In this document: positions 10,154 through 20,531 of the stretch, in pieces | Layout: every line of letters starts with the position of its first letter | How positions within the stretch are numbered: position 1 is the stretch's first letter | DNA from: Fluviicola sp. | Lineage (GTDB): Bacteria > Bacteroidota > Bacteroidia > Flavobacteriales_D > Crocinitomicaceae | Assembly (NCBI GenBank): GCA_017983675.1 | Contig: JAGOAZ010000003.1 | Coordinates: 34,719 to 98,718, forward strand | Direction of reading: 5' to 3' | DNA: 64,000 nt | Notes under the pieces: generated by a model | The model's database searches: none | What the model was told of the DNA's origin: nothing | The model's input: the letters and a program-made list of their open reading frames with translations, nothing else | Program-made: the position numbers and the translations under genes

Positions 10154-11689
10154 ATGGAACAAAAAGAAGATCTATTAAAAGAGGTGATTTCTCATGCGAA
10201 GGAATACGGATTTGTTTTTCCCTCATCTGAAATATACGATGGTTTAGCTGCTACATATGACTACGGTCAATTGGGGTCAGAGCTGAAAAACAATATCAAA
10301 CAATATTGGTGGAAAGCGATGGTGCAAATGCACGAAAACATCGTTGGAATTGACGCTTCGATTTTTATGCACCCAACAACTTGGAAAGCTTCTGGGCATG
10401 TTGATGCTTTTAATGATCCTTTGATTGATAACAAAGATTCTAAAAAACGATACCGAGCTGATGTATTGATCGAAGAACACATCGAGAAAATCCGTCAGAA
10501 AATCAATAAAGAAGTTGAAAAAGCAGCAAAGAAATTTGCTGATGCTTTTGATGAAGCACAATTTCGTGCAACAAATCCAAATGTACTGCGCAACGAAACG
10601 AAAATCACTGAGATTGAGGATCGCATGCGCACGACGTTGGAGAACAACGATTTAGAAGGCGTAAAACAATTGATCGAAGATTTGGAAATTGTTTGTCCGA
10701 TTAGTGGTTCGCGCAATTGGACTGAAGTGCGTCAATTTAACTTGATGTTTTCGACTGAATTAGGTTCTGTTGCAGGTGATGCAGCTACGATTTATTTACG
10801 ACCTGAAACAGCACAAGGAATTTTCGTGAATTTCTTAAACGTTCAAAAAACTGGACGCATGAAAATTCCTTTTGGGATTGCTCAAATAGGGAAGGCGTTC
10901 AGAAATGAAATCGTTGCACGTCAGTTTATCTTCCGTATGCGCGAATTTGAACAAATGGAAATGCAGTTTTTCTGTCGTCCAGGTGAAGAAATGAAATGGT
11001 ACGAATACTGGAAAGATGCACGCATTAAATGGCACAAAGCTCTTGGATTGGGCGACCTGTATTACCGCGAACATGACCATATCAAATTGGCACATTATGC
11101 AAACGCAGCATGCGACATCGAATTTGATTTCCCAATGGGGTTCAAAGAATTGGAAGGAATTCACTCGCGAACAGATTTTGACTTGAAACAACACGAGCAG
11201 TTTTCAGGTAAAAAATTACAATATTTTGATCCGGAATTGAATCAAAGTTACGTGCCATTTGTTGTCGAAACGTCTGTTGGTTTAGACCGAATGTTCTTGT
11301 CAATTATGAGCGCTGCGTTCAAAAAAGAGAAATTAGAGGACGATTCAGAACGTGTTGTATTAAAAATTCCAGCAGCGCTTGCGCCTTATAAAGTAGCAAT
11401 TATGCCATTGACCAAAAAAGATGGTTTGCCAGAAAAAGCACGTGAAATAATCGCTTCGTTGAAATATGATTTTACGTGTCAATACGACGAAAAAGATTCG
11501 ATTGGAAAACGTTACCGTCGTCAAGATGCGATTGGAACGCCTTTTTCAGTGACTGTCGATCACCAGACATTGGAAGATAATACGGTGACAATTCGAGATA
11601 GAGATACGATGCAACAAGAACGTGTTGCAATAGCTGATTTGTTTGAGTTGATCAATCAAAAAGTAAGCTGGAGAACAGTGTTAGCATAA
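10154..11689 (+). CDS. glyQS: Glycine--tRNA ligase (homodimeric GlyRS-1 type)
   Basis: YLRPETAQGIF, FRNEIVARQFIFRMREFEQME, ELEGIHSRTDFDL, anticodon-binding SIGKRYRRQDAIGTP. Confidence 0.97.
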   Translation: MEQKEDLLKEVISHAKEYGFVFPSSEIYDGLAATYDYGQLGSELKNNIKQYWWKAMVQMHENIVGIDASIFMHPTTWKASGHVDAFNDPLIDNKDSKKRYRADVLIEEHIEKIRQKINKEVEKAAKKFADAFDEAQFRATNPNVLRNETKITEIEDRMRTTLENNDLEGVKQLIEDLEIVCPISGSRNWTEVRQFNLMFSTELGSVAGDAATIYLRPETAQGIFVNFLNVQKTGRMKIPFGIAQIGKAFRNEIVARQFIFRMREFEQMEMQFFCRPGEEMKWYEYWKDARIKWHKALGLGDLYYREHDHIKLAHYANAACDIEFDFPMGFKELEGIHSRTDFDLKQHEQFSGKKLQYFDPELNQSYVPFVVETSVGLDRMFLSIMSAAFKKEKLEDDSERVVLKIPAALAPYKVAIMPLTKKDGLPEKAREIIASLKYDFTCQYDEKDSIGKRYRRQDAIGTPFSVTVDHQTLEDNTVTIRDRDTMQQERVAIADLFELINQKVSWRTVLA

Positions 11690-11691
11690 AC

Positions 11692-11722
11692 AAAAAAGAG
11701 GTTGAATTTCAACCTCTTTTTT
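11692..11722. terminator. Bidirectional intrinsic terminator
   Basis: aaaaaagaggttga-att-tcaacctctttttt perfect hairpin between convergent genes. Confidence 0.85.
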
Positions 11723-12190
11723 TTATTCTAATCCTGGGAACTTCAATAGTTTCCCATCAATTGTTTTAGTTTCCTTTATGTCAACTGTTTTGGAAATTCC
11801 GTAAACACTTCCCTTCACTTTTCCTTCTAAATTCAAGGTGATTTCTTTAGCGCCCGTTAATTTCATGATTTTAAACAATGCTCCTTTTGCTAATGAAATG
11901 CTCAATGGTAATGTATAAACATGTGTTGACTTTCGTTTTACTTTGAATTTTTTACTCAGTTCAATATCACCAATTTCTATGTCATTTGCGCGAATTTGAA
12001 ACGTACTTTTTTTCACTTTCATGCCGAAGAAATTCGGATTTTCAATCGTAACATCTATTGTCGCTTCGATATGATCCCCATCTGCTTTTAATATTTTGAC
12101 ATTTTCAAATCCAGCAATTTCAGGGTCCTCAATCGAGCAACTTCCGAGTGTGAAAACTCCTATTACAAGTATATAAATGAATCCTTTCAT
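11723..12190 (-). CDS. LEA type 2 family lipoprotein
   Basis: Lipobox-like TLGSC; IDVTIENPNFFGMKV motif of LEA_2/WHy domains. Confidence 0.75.
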   Translation of the reverse strand: MKGFIYILVIGVFTLGSCSIEDPEIAGFENVKILKADGDHIEATIDVTIENPNFFGMKVKKSTFQIRANDIEIGDIELSKKFKVKRKSTHVYTLPLSISLAKGALFKIMKLTGAKEITLNLEGKVKGSVYGISKTVDIKETKTIDGKLLKFPGLE

Positions 12191-13578
12191 GATTTCATCG
12201 CTTGATTGAAGTAATGGTAAAAGTATGGAATGGTTTCAATTCCTTTGTAATAATTGAATAAACCGTAATGCTCGTTTGGCGAGTGTATCGCGTCTGAATC
12301 CAACCCGAATCCCATCATGACAGTTTTTAATCCCAATACTTTCTCAAACAAAGCAATGATTGGAATACTTCCGCCACTTCTAACTGGAATTGGTGTTTTA
12401 CCAAACGTTTCTTCGTATGCTTTTGCCGCACTTTGATACGCGATGGAGTCAATTGGTGTTACGACAGGTTCACCACCATGATGCGGATTGACAACTACAG
12501 TAACACTTTCGGGTGCAATTTTCTCAAAATGTTCTTTGAAAAGTTGTGTAATAGTTTCAGGTTGTTGATTCGGTACTAAGCGCATCGATATTTTTGCGTA
12601 AGCTTTGGATGCGATGACCGTTTTTGCACCTTCTCCGGTGTAACCTCCCCAAATTCCATTGACATCGAGTGTTGGTCGAATCGAACCTCTTTCTGGTGTT
12701 GTATATCCAGCTTCTCCTTCAACTGCGCCAATTGCCAATGCTTTTTTATAAGCTGCTTCACTGTAGGGAGCTTTAGCCATTTCAGCGCGTTCTTCCAACG
12801 ATAAATCAATTACATCTGCGTAAAATCCTGGAATGGTGATGTGGTTATCTTCATCGTGCAACGAAGCAATCATTTTTGCCAACACATTGATTGGATTTGC
12901 AACACAGCCTCCGTAAAGTCCCGAGTGTAAATCCCTGTTTGGACCAGTAACTTCTACTTCCACATAGCTTAATCCTCTCAAACCTGTCGTGATAGAAGGC
13001 GTGTCGTTGCTCAACATTCCTGTATCAGACACCAAAATGATATCGGCAGCCAAACGTGCTTTGTTTTCAGTAATAAAAACCCCTAAGTTAACAGAGCCCA
13101 CTTCTTCTTCTCCTTCGATCATGAACTTGACATTACATGGAAGTTCATCGGCAGCAATCATTGCTTCAACAGCTTTTACGTGCATGAACATTTGACCCTT
13201 GTCATCACAAGCTCCACGTGCAAAAATCGCGCCTTCTGGGTGAATTTCAGTTGTTTTAATCACCGGTTCAAATGGGGGAGAAGTCCACAAATCAATTGGA
13301 TCTGCAGGTTGTACATCGTAGTGACCATAGACCAAAACGGTTGGTAATGTTGGGTCGATTATTTTTTCACCATAAACAATAGGGTGACCAGCTGTTTTAC
13401 AAATTTCAACCGCAGTTAATCCTGCTTTGGTAAGGTATTCTGCTGTCATTTCAGCACCTTTGATCACATCTTGCGCAAAGTTCGTATCAGCAGAAACAGT
13501 AGGAATTTTTAATAATTCAATTAATTCATTGACGTATTTTTCCTTATTTTTTTGTATAATTGCCTGAGTATTTTTCAT
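12187..13578 (-). CDS. M20 family dipeptidase
   Basis: YGHYDVQP, ARGACDDKGQ, EGEEEVGS, DLHSG, IHSPNE motifs; start MKNTQA at 13578. Confidence 0.93.
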   Translation of the reverse strand: MKNTQAIIQKNKEKYVNELIELLKIPTVSADTNFAQDVIKGAEMTAEYLTKAGLTAVEICKTAGHPIVYGEKIIDPTLPTVLVYGHYDVQPADPIDLWTSPPFEPVIKTTEIHPEGAIFARGACDDKGQMFMHVKAVEAMIAADELPCNVKFMIEGEEEVGSVNLGVFITENKARLAADIILVSDTGMLSNDTPSITTGLRGLSYVEVEVTGPNRDLHSGLYGGCVANPINVLAKMIASLHDEDNHITIPGFYADVIDLSLEERAEMAKAPYSEAAYKKALAIGAVEGEAGYTTPERGSIRPTLDVNGIWGGYTGEGAKTVIASKAYAKISMRLVPNQQPETITQLFKEHFEKIAPESVTVVVNPHHGGEPVVTPIDSIAYQSAAKAYEETFGKTPIPVRSGGSIPIIALFEKVLGLKTVMMGFGLDSDAIHSPNEHYGLFNYYKGIETIPYFYHYFNQAMKS

Positions 13579-13732
13579 TGAATGAGATATTTCAACAAAA
13601 ATGCACAAAAATTAGCTCAGATTAACAGGGAATGACCGAAAAAATCAAGAAAATTAATTTTGAAAAAAATTGATCCCTCGGTGCAACGTTCACCCCCTTG
13701 AATTAGTCTTACCAAAAGAAAATAACTACAAT

Positions 13733-15954
13733 ATGAAGAAATTAGTATCCGTTTTAATTATTTGTTTGGCAACAAGTATTGCTTCATTTGCACAAATTGC
13801 AGTCCAACCTGGAATGACTCCTGCATCTTTGGTTCAAAATATTTTAGTTGGTAACGGTGTAACAGCAAGCAATGTTCGTTATAACAACAGTTTGACAAAT
13901 GCGAATGTACCACAAAACAATGTTGCAATGTTTGTTGCAAATGGGACGACATTTCCAATATCTTCTGGTATTTTAATTACAACAGGACATGCCACAGGTG
14001 CTGCAGGGCCAAATGCTAGTGGATCATTTTCATTTAATAATCCAGCACGCCAATTGTGTCTTTTGATACTGATTTGAATGCGATTGCCGCTGGAACGGTT
14101 ACGAATGGAGCAATTTTAGAGTTTGATTTCGTGCCTTCGGGAGATACTATTCAATTCCGCTATGTATTTGGTTCTGATGAATATCCTGAGTTTTTTGGAA
14201 GTTCGTTTAACGATGCATTTGGTTTCTTTTTGTCAGGTCCTGGAATAAATGGAACGTTTTCTAATAATGCAATTAATATTGCAACACTTCCCAATTCAAC
14301 CACTCCTGTAACGATTAATAATGTTGGTCCTACTGGAGCTAATTCAGCTTATTATGTAAATAATGTTGGGGGACTTGCTTATTCAACAGCGATTCAGTAT
14401 GACGGAACAACAGTGGTCTTAACAGCAAAAGCTGTTGTACAATGTTCTCAAACGTATCACATCAAGATGGCAATCTGTAATGTGCTTGACCAGTCTTATG
14501 ACTCTGGTGTTTTCATTGAGGCGGATTCATTTTCATCAGAAGCAGTAGATATTGATGTGCAAACAGTAACAGGTGACACATCTGTAGTAGAAGGTTGTAC
14601 AAATGCAATGTTTTTATTTACAAGACCATCAAATCAAATTGGAGACACGTTAATCGTTAATTACCAAATTGGAGGTAATGCGACATATGGAGTTGATTAT
14701 CTTCCAATACAAAATCCGGTAATATTTTTACCAGGAGTAGATACTGTTCCAATCTTGTTCGCTCCAATTCAAGATAACATAAATGATGGGCCAGAATTTG
14801 TAACGTTAACAGCGACTACAATTACTGTGTGTGGTGATACGATAGTTTCCACAGGTGAAATATGGATTTTTGAAGGTCCAATAATTACTATTAATGAAAC
14901 GGATCCAATTACCTATTGTATCAATGATTCTGTTTTAGCCTCTGCATTCGCATTTGGAGGATATCCTCCTTACACTTATAACTGGAATTTTGCAAATCAA
15001 ACAGGAGATACTGCGTATTTACCAATTTCTCAGAATGGTACAATAAATTATTTTGTAACAGCTACAGATGCATGTGGATTTTCTAAAACTGACACTGTAA
15101 CAGTTACCATGAATCAAACCCTTGCTGTAGACACTATGGGCTTTCAAAACTCTAATTATTGTGCCAATACTGGAGTTGTTTGGGGAATGGCACAAGGTGT
15201 AACCGGTCAACCGTTCTACAATTGGACAGGACCAAATCCATCTTCAACGTATACAATTGATGCGTCTGTTTTGCAAAACATTCCATCTGGATGGTACACG
15301 TTTACCGTTGCTGATAATGTCTGTCTTGTGGTTGATTCCATTTTTGTAGATACTGATCCAGGTCCAGTGGCGGATTTCACATCTTCGATATCTTCTGGTT
15401 GTGCTCCTTTGAGCGTAAACTTTATCAATGAAAGTTCAAATGCAACGATATTTACATGGAATTTTGGAAATGGAAATGTTGTTACGGTGAACGATATGAA
15501 TCCATTGAATCAAATTTTTACGGACACATCCATCATTACGTTAATCGCAAGTGATGGTGTGTGTAACGATACAATCACTGGATTAGTTTTAATTGAAAAT
15601 TGTGGTTGTACAGATCCATCGGCAACGAATTATAATCCTTTAGCAACTGCTTCTGATGGTTCATGTGTTTACCCAACGCCAATTATTGAAGGTCCAAATG
15701 TAATTACTCCTGATGGAGATGGTGTAAATGATCTTTTTGAATTAGATATTATCAATGCTGCAAAAGTAGAATTGGTTATTACAAACCGTTGGGGGAATAT
15801 CATGTTCAAAGGAACAAGTTTAAATCCTACTTGGGATGGAAAAGTGAATGGCAATGTCGTTTCAGATGGTGTTTACTTCTACAAATACACCGCATTCAGT
15901 GTGCAAGGTGATGAAGTTGTCGGACATGGCTTCTTCCATGTAGTATCCAAATAA
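13733..15954 (+). pseudogene. Choice-of-anchor L / PKD / T9SS type B C-terminal domain protein interrupted by a 1-nt frameshift near 14041-14056
   Basis: ORF 13733-14077 has the signal peptide and SLVQNILVGNGVTASNV; ORF 14056-15954 continues (LEFDFVP, YVFGSDEYPEF, PNVITPDGDGVND). Joined, they are colinear with the intact paralog at 38522-40906. A sequencing error cannot be excluded. Confidence 0.75.
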
Positions 15955-15973
15955 AATAATTTTAAACCCATAA

Positions 15974-16007
15974 AAAAAGAGAGATTTCAGTTGAAGTCTC
16001 TCTTTTT
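15974..16007. terminator. Bidirectional intrinsic terminator
   Basis: aaaaagagagatttc-agtt-gaagtctctcttttt hairpin between convergent genes. Confidence 0.8.
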
Positions 16008-16027
16008 GTTTCTGTTAAGTTTTTTCT

Positions 16028-17545
16028 TTATACCAAACTTTTACCATTCATTTCGATCGGAGCAGCCAAGCGCATACGTGCTAAAATGGTTGGCGCAACA
16101 TCTGCTAAAATTCCATTTGACAACTTTAATTCGGAGTTTTCTGTTACCAATACAATTGGAACAGGATTGAGTGAATGTGCCGTGTTTGGCGAGCCATCTG
16201 GATTAAAAGCAACATCTGCATTTCCATGATCAGCAATAACAATCAGTTCCATGTGTTCTTTTTTAGCAGCAGCTACAATTTCACCCAAACAACTGTCAAC
16301 TGTTTCAACAGCCTTGACAATTGCAGCATAATTTCCAGTGTGTCCTACCATATCTGGATTTGCAAAGTTCAAACAAAAGAAGTCAGGACAATTTTCATCG
16401 ATTGCCGTGATGATATTGTTTTTGACTGCTAAAGCACTCATTTCTGGCTGTAAATCATAGGTCGCTACTTTTGGTGAGTTAACAAGAATCCGCGATTCAC
16501 CTTCAAATTCTTTTTCACGTCCGCCATTAAAGAAAAAGGTGACATGCGGGTATTTCTCTGTTTCAGCAATGCGTATTTGTGTGCGTCCCATTTTTGATAA
16601 AACTTCACCCAACGTGTTTTTCAAATTGTCTTTTTCAAAGAGTACGTGTATTTTTTTGAATGATGCATCGTAATTGGTCATCGTATAATAATCCAAAGCT
16701 AGTGGCTGCATGTTGTATTCTGGAAATGCACGTTGCGTTAATGCAGTCGTAATTTCTCGAGGTCGATCAGTTCTGAAGTTAAAACTGATAACCGTATCAC
16801 CATTTTCTATTTTTCCTGGTGCATTTTCAGCGTCAAAAACAAAAGGTTCAATGAATTCATCGGTAATTCCAGCTGCATAACTTTCTGTAAAAGCTGCAGT
16901 AATAGAAGATAAATTTTTACCAAGACCATTGATCATTGCATCGTATGCAACTTTGATGCGTTCCCAACGGTTGTCACGATCCATCGCATAATAACGTCCT
17001 GTTATACTTGCTATGGTACCTGTTGTTTTGGTGATATGTTTTTCTAAAGCTTGAAAATAAGCCAATCCACTTTTTGGATCGCAATCACGTCCATCAGTAA
17101 ACGCATGGATCCATACATTTTTCAGTTCATACGCATGCGCCATCGTTAATAATGCTTCTAAATGGGCTTGTGAACTGTGAACACCTCCTTCGGAAACAAG
17201 TCCCATCAAATGAACTTTTTTACCGGTTTTTTTCGCATTGCTAAAGCAGTTTTTTAATTTTTCAATTGCAAAAAACTCACCATCACGAATTGACTTATTG
17301 ATCCGCGTTAATTCTTGGTAAACAATTCTACCTGCGCCAATATTCAAATGACCAACTTCTGAATTCCCCATTTGTCCATCAGGTAATCCGACTGCTTCGC
17401 CACAAGTTGTTAATTGTGCATTGGGATAATTTGCCAACAAACTATCCATAATAGGCGTGTTTGCATTGAAAATTGCGTCCGATTTTGATTTGTCGCCAAT
17501 TCCCCAACCATCTAAGATGATGAGTCCAACTTTTTGATTATTCAT
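16028..17545 (-). CDS. gpmI: 2,3-bisphosphoglycerate-independent phosphoglycerate mutase
   Basis: LIILDGWG, QMGNSEVGH, RIAETEKYPHVTFFF, NPDMVGHTG, ADHGNAD motifs. Confidence 0.97.
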   Translation of the reverse strand: MNNQKVGLIILDGWGIGDKSKSDAIFNANTPIMDSLLANYPNAQLTTCGEAVGLPDGQMGNSEVGHLNIGAGRIVYQELTRINKSIRDGEFFAIEKLKNCFSNAKKTGKKVHLMGLVSEGGVHSSQAHLEALLTMAHAYELKNVWIHAFTDGRDCDPKSGLAYFQALEKHITKTTGTIASITGRYYAMDRDNRWERIKVAYDAMINGLGKNLSSITAAFTESYAAGITDEFIEPFVFDAENAPGKIENGDTVISFNFRTDRPREITTALTQRAFPEYNMQPLALDYYTMTNYDASFKKIHVLFEKDNLKNTLGEVLSKMGRTQIRIAETEKYPHVTFFFNGGREKEFEGESRILVNSPKVATYDLQPEMSALAVKNNIITAIDENCPDFFCLNFANPDMVGHTGNYAAIVKAVETVDSCLGEIVAAAKKEHMELIVIADHGNADVAFNPDGSPNTAHSLNPVPIVLVTENSELKLSNGILADVAPTILARMRLAAPIEMNGKSLV

Positions 17546-18443
17546 AAGGTATAGTTATTTCAAATGTTGCTCCTTTTGATGCTTTATTGGTGATGAGTTT
17601 TAAGTTTCCTCCAAGTGCTTTTGCACATTCGAAAGCAATAAATAAGCCCAATCCGGTTCCTTTTTTTGTGCGAGTTTCTTCGTTTTCTAAACGCACAAAT
17701 TTCTTATAAATCAGTCCGTGTGCTTCAGCAGGTATTCCGTTTCCAAAATCTTGTACCACAAGCGTCAAGAGGTTGTTGGATGTGTAATAATTCAACACAA
17801 CACCTTCATCGGAGTGACCATATTTAGCTGCATTTTCAATTAAATTCTTGAGAATGGTTGCTAATAAAAACCGATCGCTATTGATTGTAAAAGGGGAGTT
17901 ATTTATAAGCTTAATCGCTATTTTTTCACGCTTTTCATGCAATGAAATTACTTCGGAAAATAGTTCTTGAAGTGCGAAAGGTTGTCGGTGGATTTCTAGG
18001 TGACTTTGTTCTAAGCGAGCAGCCGTTAATAATTGCTCCACTAAGTTTTCAAGTCGGTTCGATTCATCAATTGTTTTGTGAAGTAATTCGTTTCTTTTTT
18101 CTTCGCTAAGCGAATGTTTTAAAAGTGTTTGAGCATACAATTTACTTGCTGCGATGGGTGTTTTCAACTCATGAGTAACAGACAACATGAAGTTGTTTTG
18201 TTGACGTGCAATGGCAACTTCTTTCTTGATTGTTGCTTTTATTTTCCAAAGTCCAAAAAGTAATAAAATCAGGAAAACACTACCTTCACCAATAATCATG
18301 ATAACGCGTTTGCGAATAATTTCACTGGTGTAATGAGAGGATTCAGTAAGTTCAATCAAATGATATCCCCACCAAATAAATTGCAGTAGCACATAAGCAC
18401 CCAGTAAGTAAACAAAAACAGTTGTGGGCTTTTTGCGCATCAT
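17538..18443 (-). CDS. Membrane sensor histidine kinase
   Basis: Two N-terminal TM segments; VTHELKTP H-box, NLIENAAKY N-box, DFGNGI, KGTGLGL G-box. Confidence 0.92.
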   Translation of the reverse strand: MMRKKPTTVFVYLLGAYVLLQFIWWGYHLIELTESSHYTSEIIRKRVIMIIGEGSVFLILLLFGLWKIKATIKKEVAIARQQNNFMLSVTHELKTPIAASKLYAQTLLKHSLSEEKRNELLHKTIDESNRLENLVEQLLTAARLEQSHLEIHRQPFALQELFSEVISLHEKREKIAIKLINNSPFTINSDRFLLATILKNLIENAAKYGHSDEGVVLNYYTSNNLLTLVVQDFGNGIPAEAHGLIYKKFVRLENEETRTKKGTGLGLFIAFECAKALGGNLKLITNKASKGATFEITIPYE

Positions 18444-18452
18444 TCAAAGGTT

Positions 18453-20354
18453 TTAATAAGCTCGCTCGTTTTTCCCTTCAATATAGTTAATAAATGCCTT
18501 ATTGACAACTTTATTTCCTCCTGGAGTAGGGTAATCGCCTGTAAAGTACCAATCACCTGTATTTCCTGGACAAGCTTTGTGTAAATCTTCAACTGTTTGA
18601 TAAACAATTTGCACAGAAGCAGCGATATTTTCAGGAGTTAATAATTCAGCAATTTTTGCAGATATTTCTTCGTTGGTAAATGGTGCATATATTTCTTTCA
18701 CAAAATTGACGATTTGTTCCTTCGGAGCGTTTTCTTGCGCTTTCGATTTACGGTAAACATCGTCGATAATGTTTCCTTTTCCTTGTTCTTTTAACAAAGC
18801 GATTGCAGCATCAAATGCAATAAAATCGCCCATTTTTGCCATGTCAATTCCGTAACAATCCGGATAACGAATTTGAGGGGCTGATGAAACAATAACAATG
18901 TGCTTTGGTCCCAAACGATCCAAAATACGAAGAACAGATTGTTTCAAGGTTGTTCCTCTAACAATGCTATCGTCGATGACAACTAAGTTATCTTTTCCTC
19001 TTACAACCGAACCGTAGGTAATATCATACACTTGCGCCACCATATCGTCACGAGCATCGTCTTGTGTGATAAATGTGCGCGCTTTCGCGTCTTTTATGAT
19101 GATTTTCTCTATGCGGGCACGTTGATAAACGATTTCTTTTATTTTTTCAGGATCAGCATTGGCTCCTAACTGAACTAACGCATCAAATTTTCTATCGTTC
19201 AAATGATCTTCCAATCCCTTAATCATTCCGTAAAACGAACTTTCAGCTGTATTAGGAATAAAAGAGAAAACGGTATTGTCTAAATCAAAGTCAATCGTTT
19301 TTAAGACATTTGGAACAACAAAACGCCCTAAATTTTTACGTTCGTTGTAAATGTCTTTGTCGTTGCCTCGTGAAAAGTAAATGCGTTCAAACGAACATTT
19401 GTTTTCAATTTTAGGAGCATTGATTGCTACTTCTGAAACTGATCCGTTTTTCTTGATAATCAACGCATGTCCAGGCGTCAACTCGTGAACAGCCTCAGTG
19501 CGTAAATTAAATGCAGTTTGGATCACAGGTCGTTCGGATGCTACAACACATACTTCTTCGTCTTCGTACCAAAAAGCAGGACGGATTCCACTTGGATCAC
19601 GTAATACAAATGCATCACCGTGACCAAACAAACCAGCCATTGCATAGCCACCATCCCAATCAGCAGAAGCATTTTTCAGGATTTTTTCGATATCTAATTG
19701 ATCTGCAATTTTTTTGTAAGCTTCTTGATTCGAATAACCAAGTGATTGGTAATGACCAAGTAATTCATCGTTTTCAACATCGGAGTAATGGCCAATTTTT
19801 TCCAAAACTGTTACGGTATCCGATTTTTCTTTGGGATGTTGTCCTATTTCTAATAAGATCGAAAACAACTCATCGACATTCGTTAGATTGAAGTTTCCAG
19901 CAACAACTAAATTACGAGTAATCCAGTTGTTTTGTCGTAAAAACGGGTGGCAACTTTCAATACTGTTTCGACCAAATGTCCCGTAACGCAAATGTCCTAA
20001 AAACAATTCTCCTGTAAATCCAGCGTGTTTTTTTAAGTAAGCAACGTCTTTTAATTTTGCAGGATCTTCTTCGCCAATAACTTGAAAACGCTCGTTGATG
20101 TGTTCAAAAATATCTTGAATGGGTTTAGGATCAATACTTCTGTAACGCGAAATATAGCGTTCCCCTGGTTCCATGTCGAGTTTGATGTTGGCAACACCAG
20201 CTCCGTCTTGTCCACGGTTGTGTTGTTTTTCCATCAACAAGTGCAATTTGTTTATTCCGTAAAACGCTGTTCCGTACTTGTCTACGTAATATTGAAGGGG
20301 TTGTTTTAAACGGATAAGTGCTATCCCGCACTCGTGTTTAATTGCATCGCTCAT
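18453..20354 (-). CDS. purF: Amidophosphoribosyltransferase (long Bacteroidota form)
   Basis: HECG N-terminal nucleophile, QHNRGQDGAG, GHLRYGT, CSFERIYFSR, VVIDDSIVRGTT PRT loop. Confidence 0.92.
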   Translation of the reverse strand: MSDAIKHECGIALIRLKQPLQYYVDKYGTAFYGINKLHLLMEKQHNRGQDGAGVANIKLDMEPGERYISRYRSIDPKPIQDIFEHINERFQVIGEEDPAKLKDVAYLKKHAGFTGELFLGHLRYGTFGRNSIESCHPFLRQNNWITRNLVVAGNFNLTNVDELFSILLEIGQHPKEKSDTVTVLEKIGHYSDVENDELLGHYQSLGYSNQEAYKKIADQLDIEKILKNASADWDGGYAMAGLFGHGDAFVLRDPSGIRPAFWYEDEEVCVVASERPVIQTAFNLRTEAVHELTPGHALIIKKNGSVSEVAINAPKIENKCSFERIYFSRGNDKDIYNERKNLGRFVVPNVLKTIDFDLDNTVFSFIPNTAESSFYGMIKGLEDHLNDRKFDALVQLGANADPEKIKEIVYQRARIEKIIIKDAKARTFITQDDARDDMVAQVYDITYGSVVRGKDNLVVIDDSIVRGTTLKQSVLRILDRLGPKHIVIVSSAPQIRYPDCYGIDMAKMGDFIAFDAAIALLKEQGKGNIIDDVYRKSKAQENAPKEQIVNFVKEIYAPFTNEEISAKIAELLTPENIAASVQIVYQTVEDLHKACPGNTGDWYFTGDYPTPGGNKVVNKAFINYIEGKNERAY

Positions 20355-20531
20355 GGTATCCTAAATATAGCGCAAAATTACAGAATCTAAATCGATTCAG
20401 TAGAAGAAATTGCGAGAAAAGTTTTCACCAAAAGCAACTTTTTAGCTATTTTTCTGTTTTTATATTACAAAAACTGTTAAACCGATTTGATTCGATTCAA
20501 ATTTCATATCTTTAGTACCTTATTACAAGAA

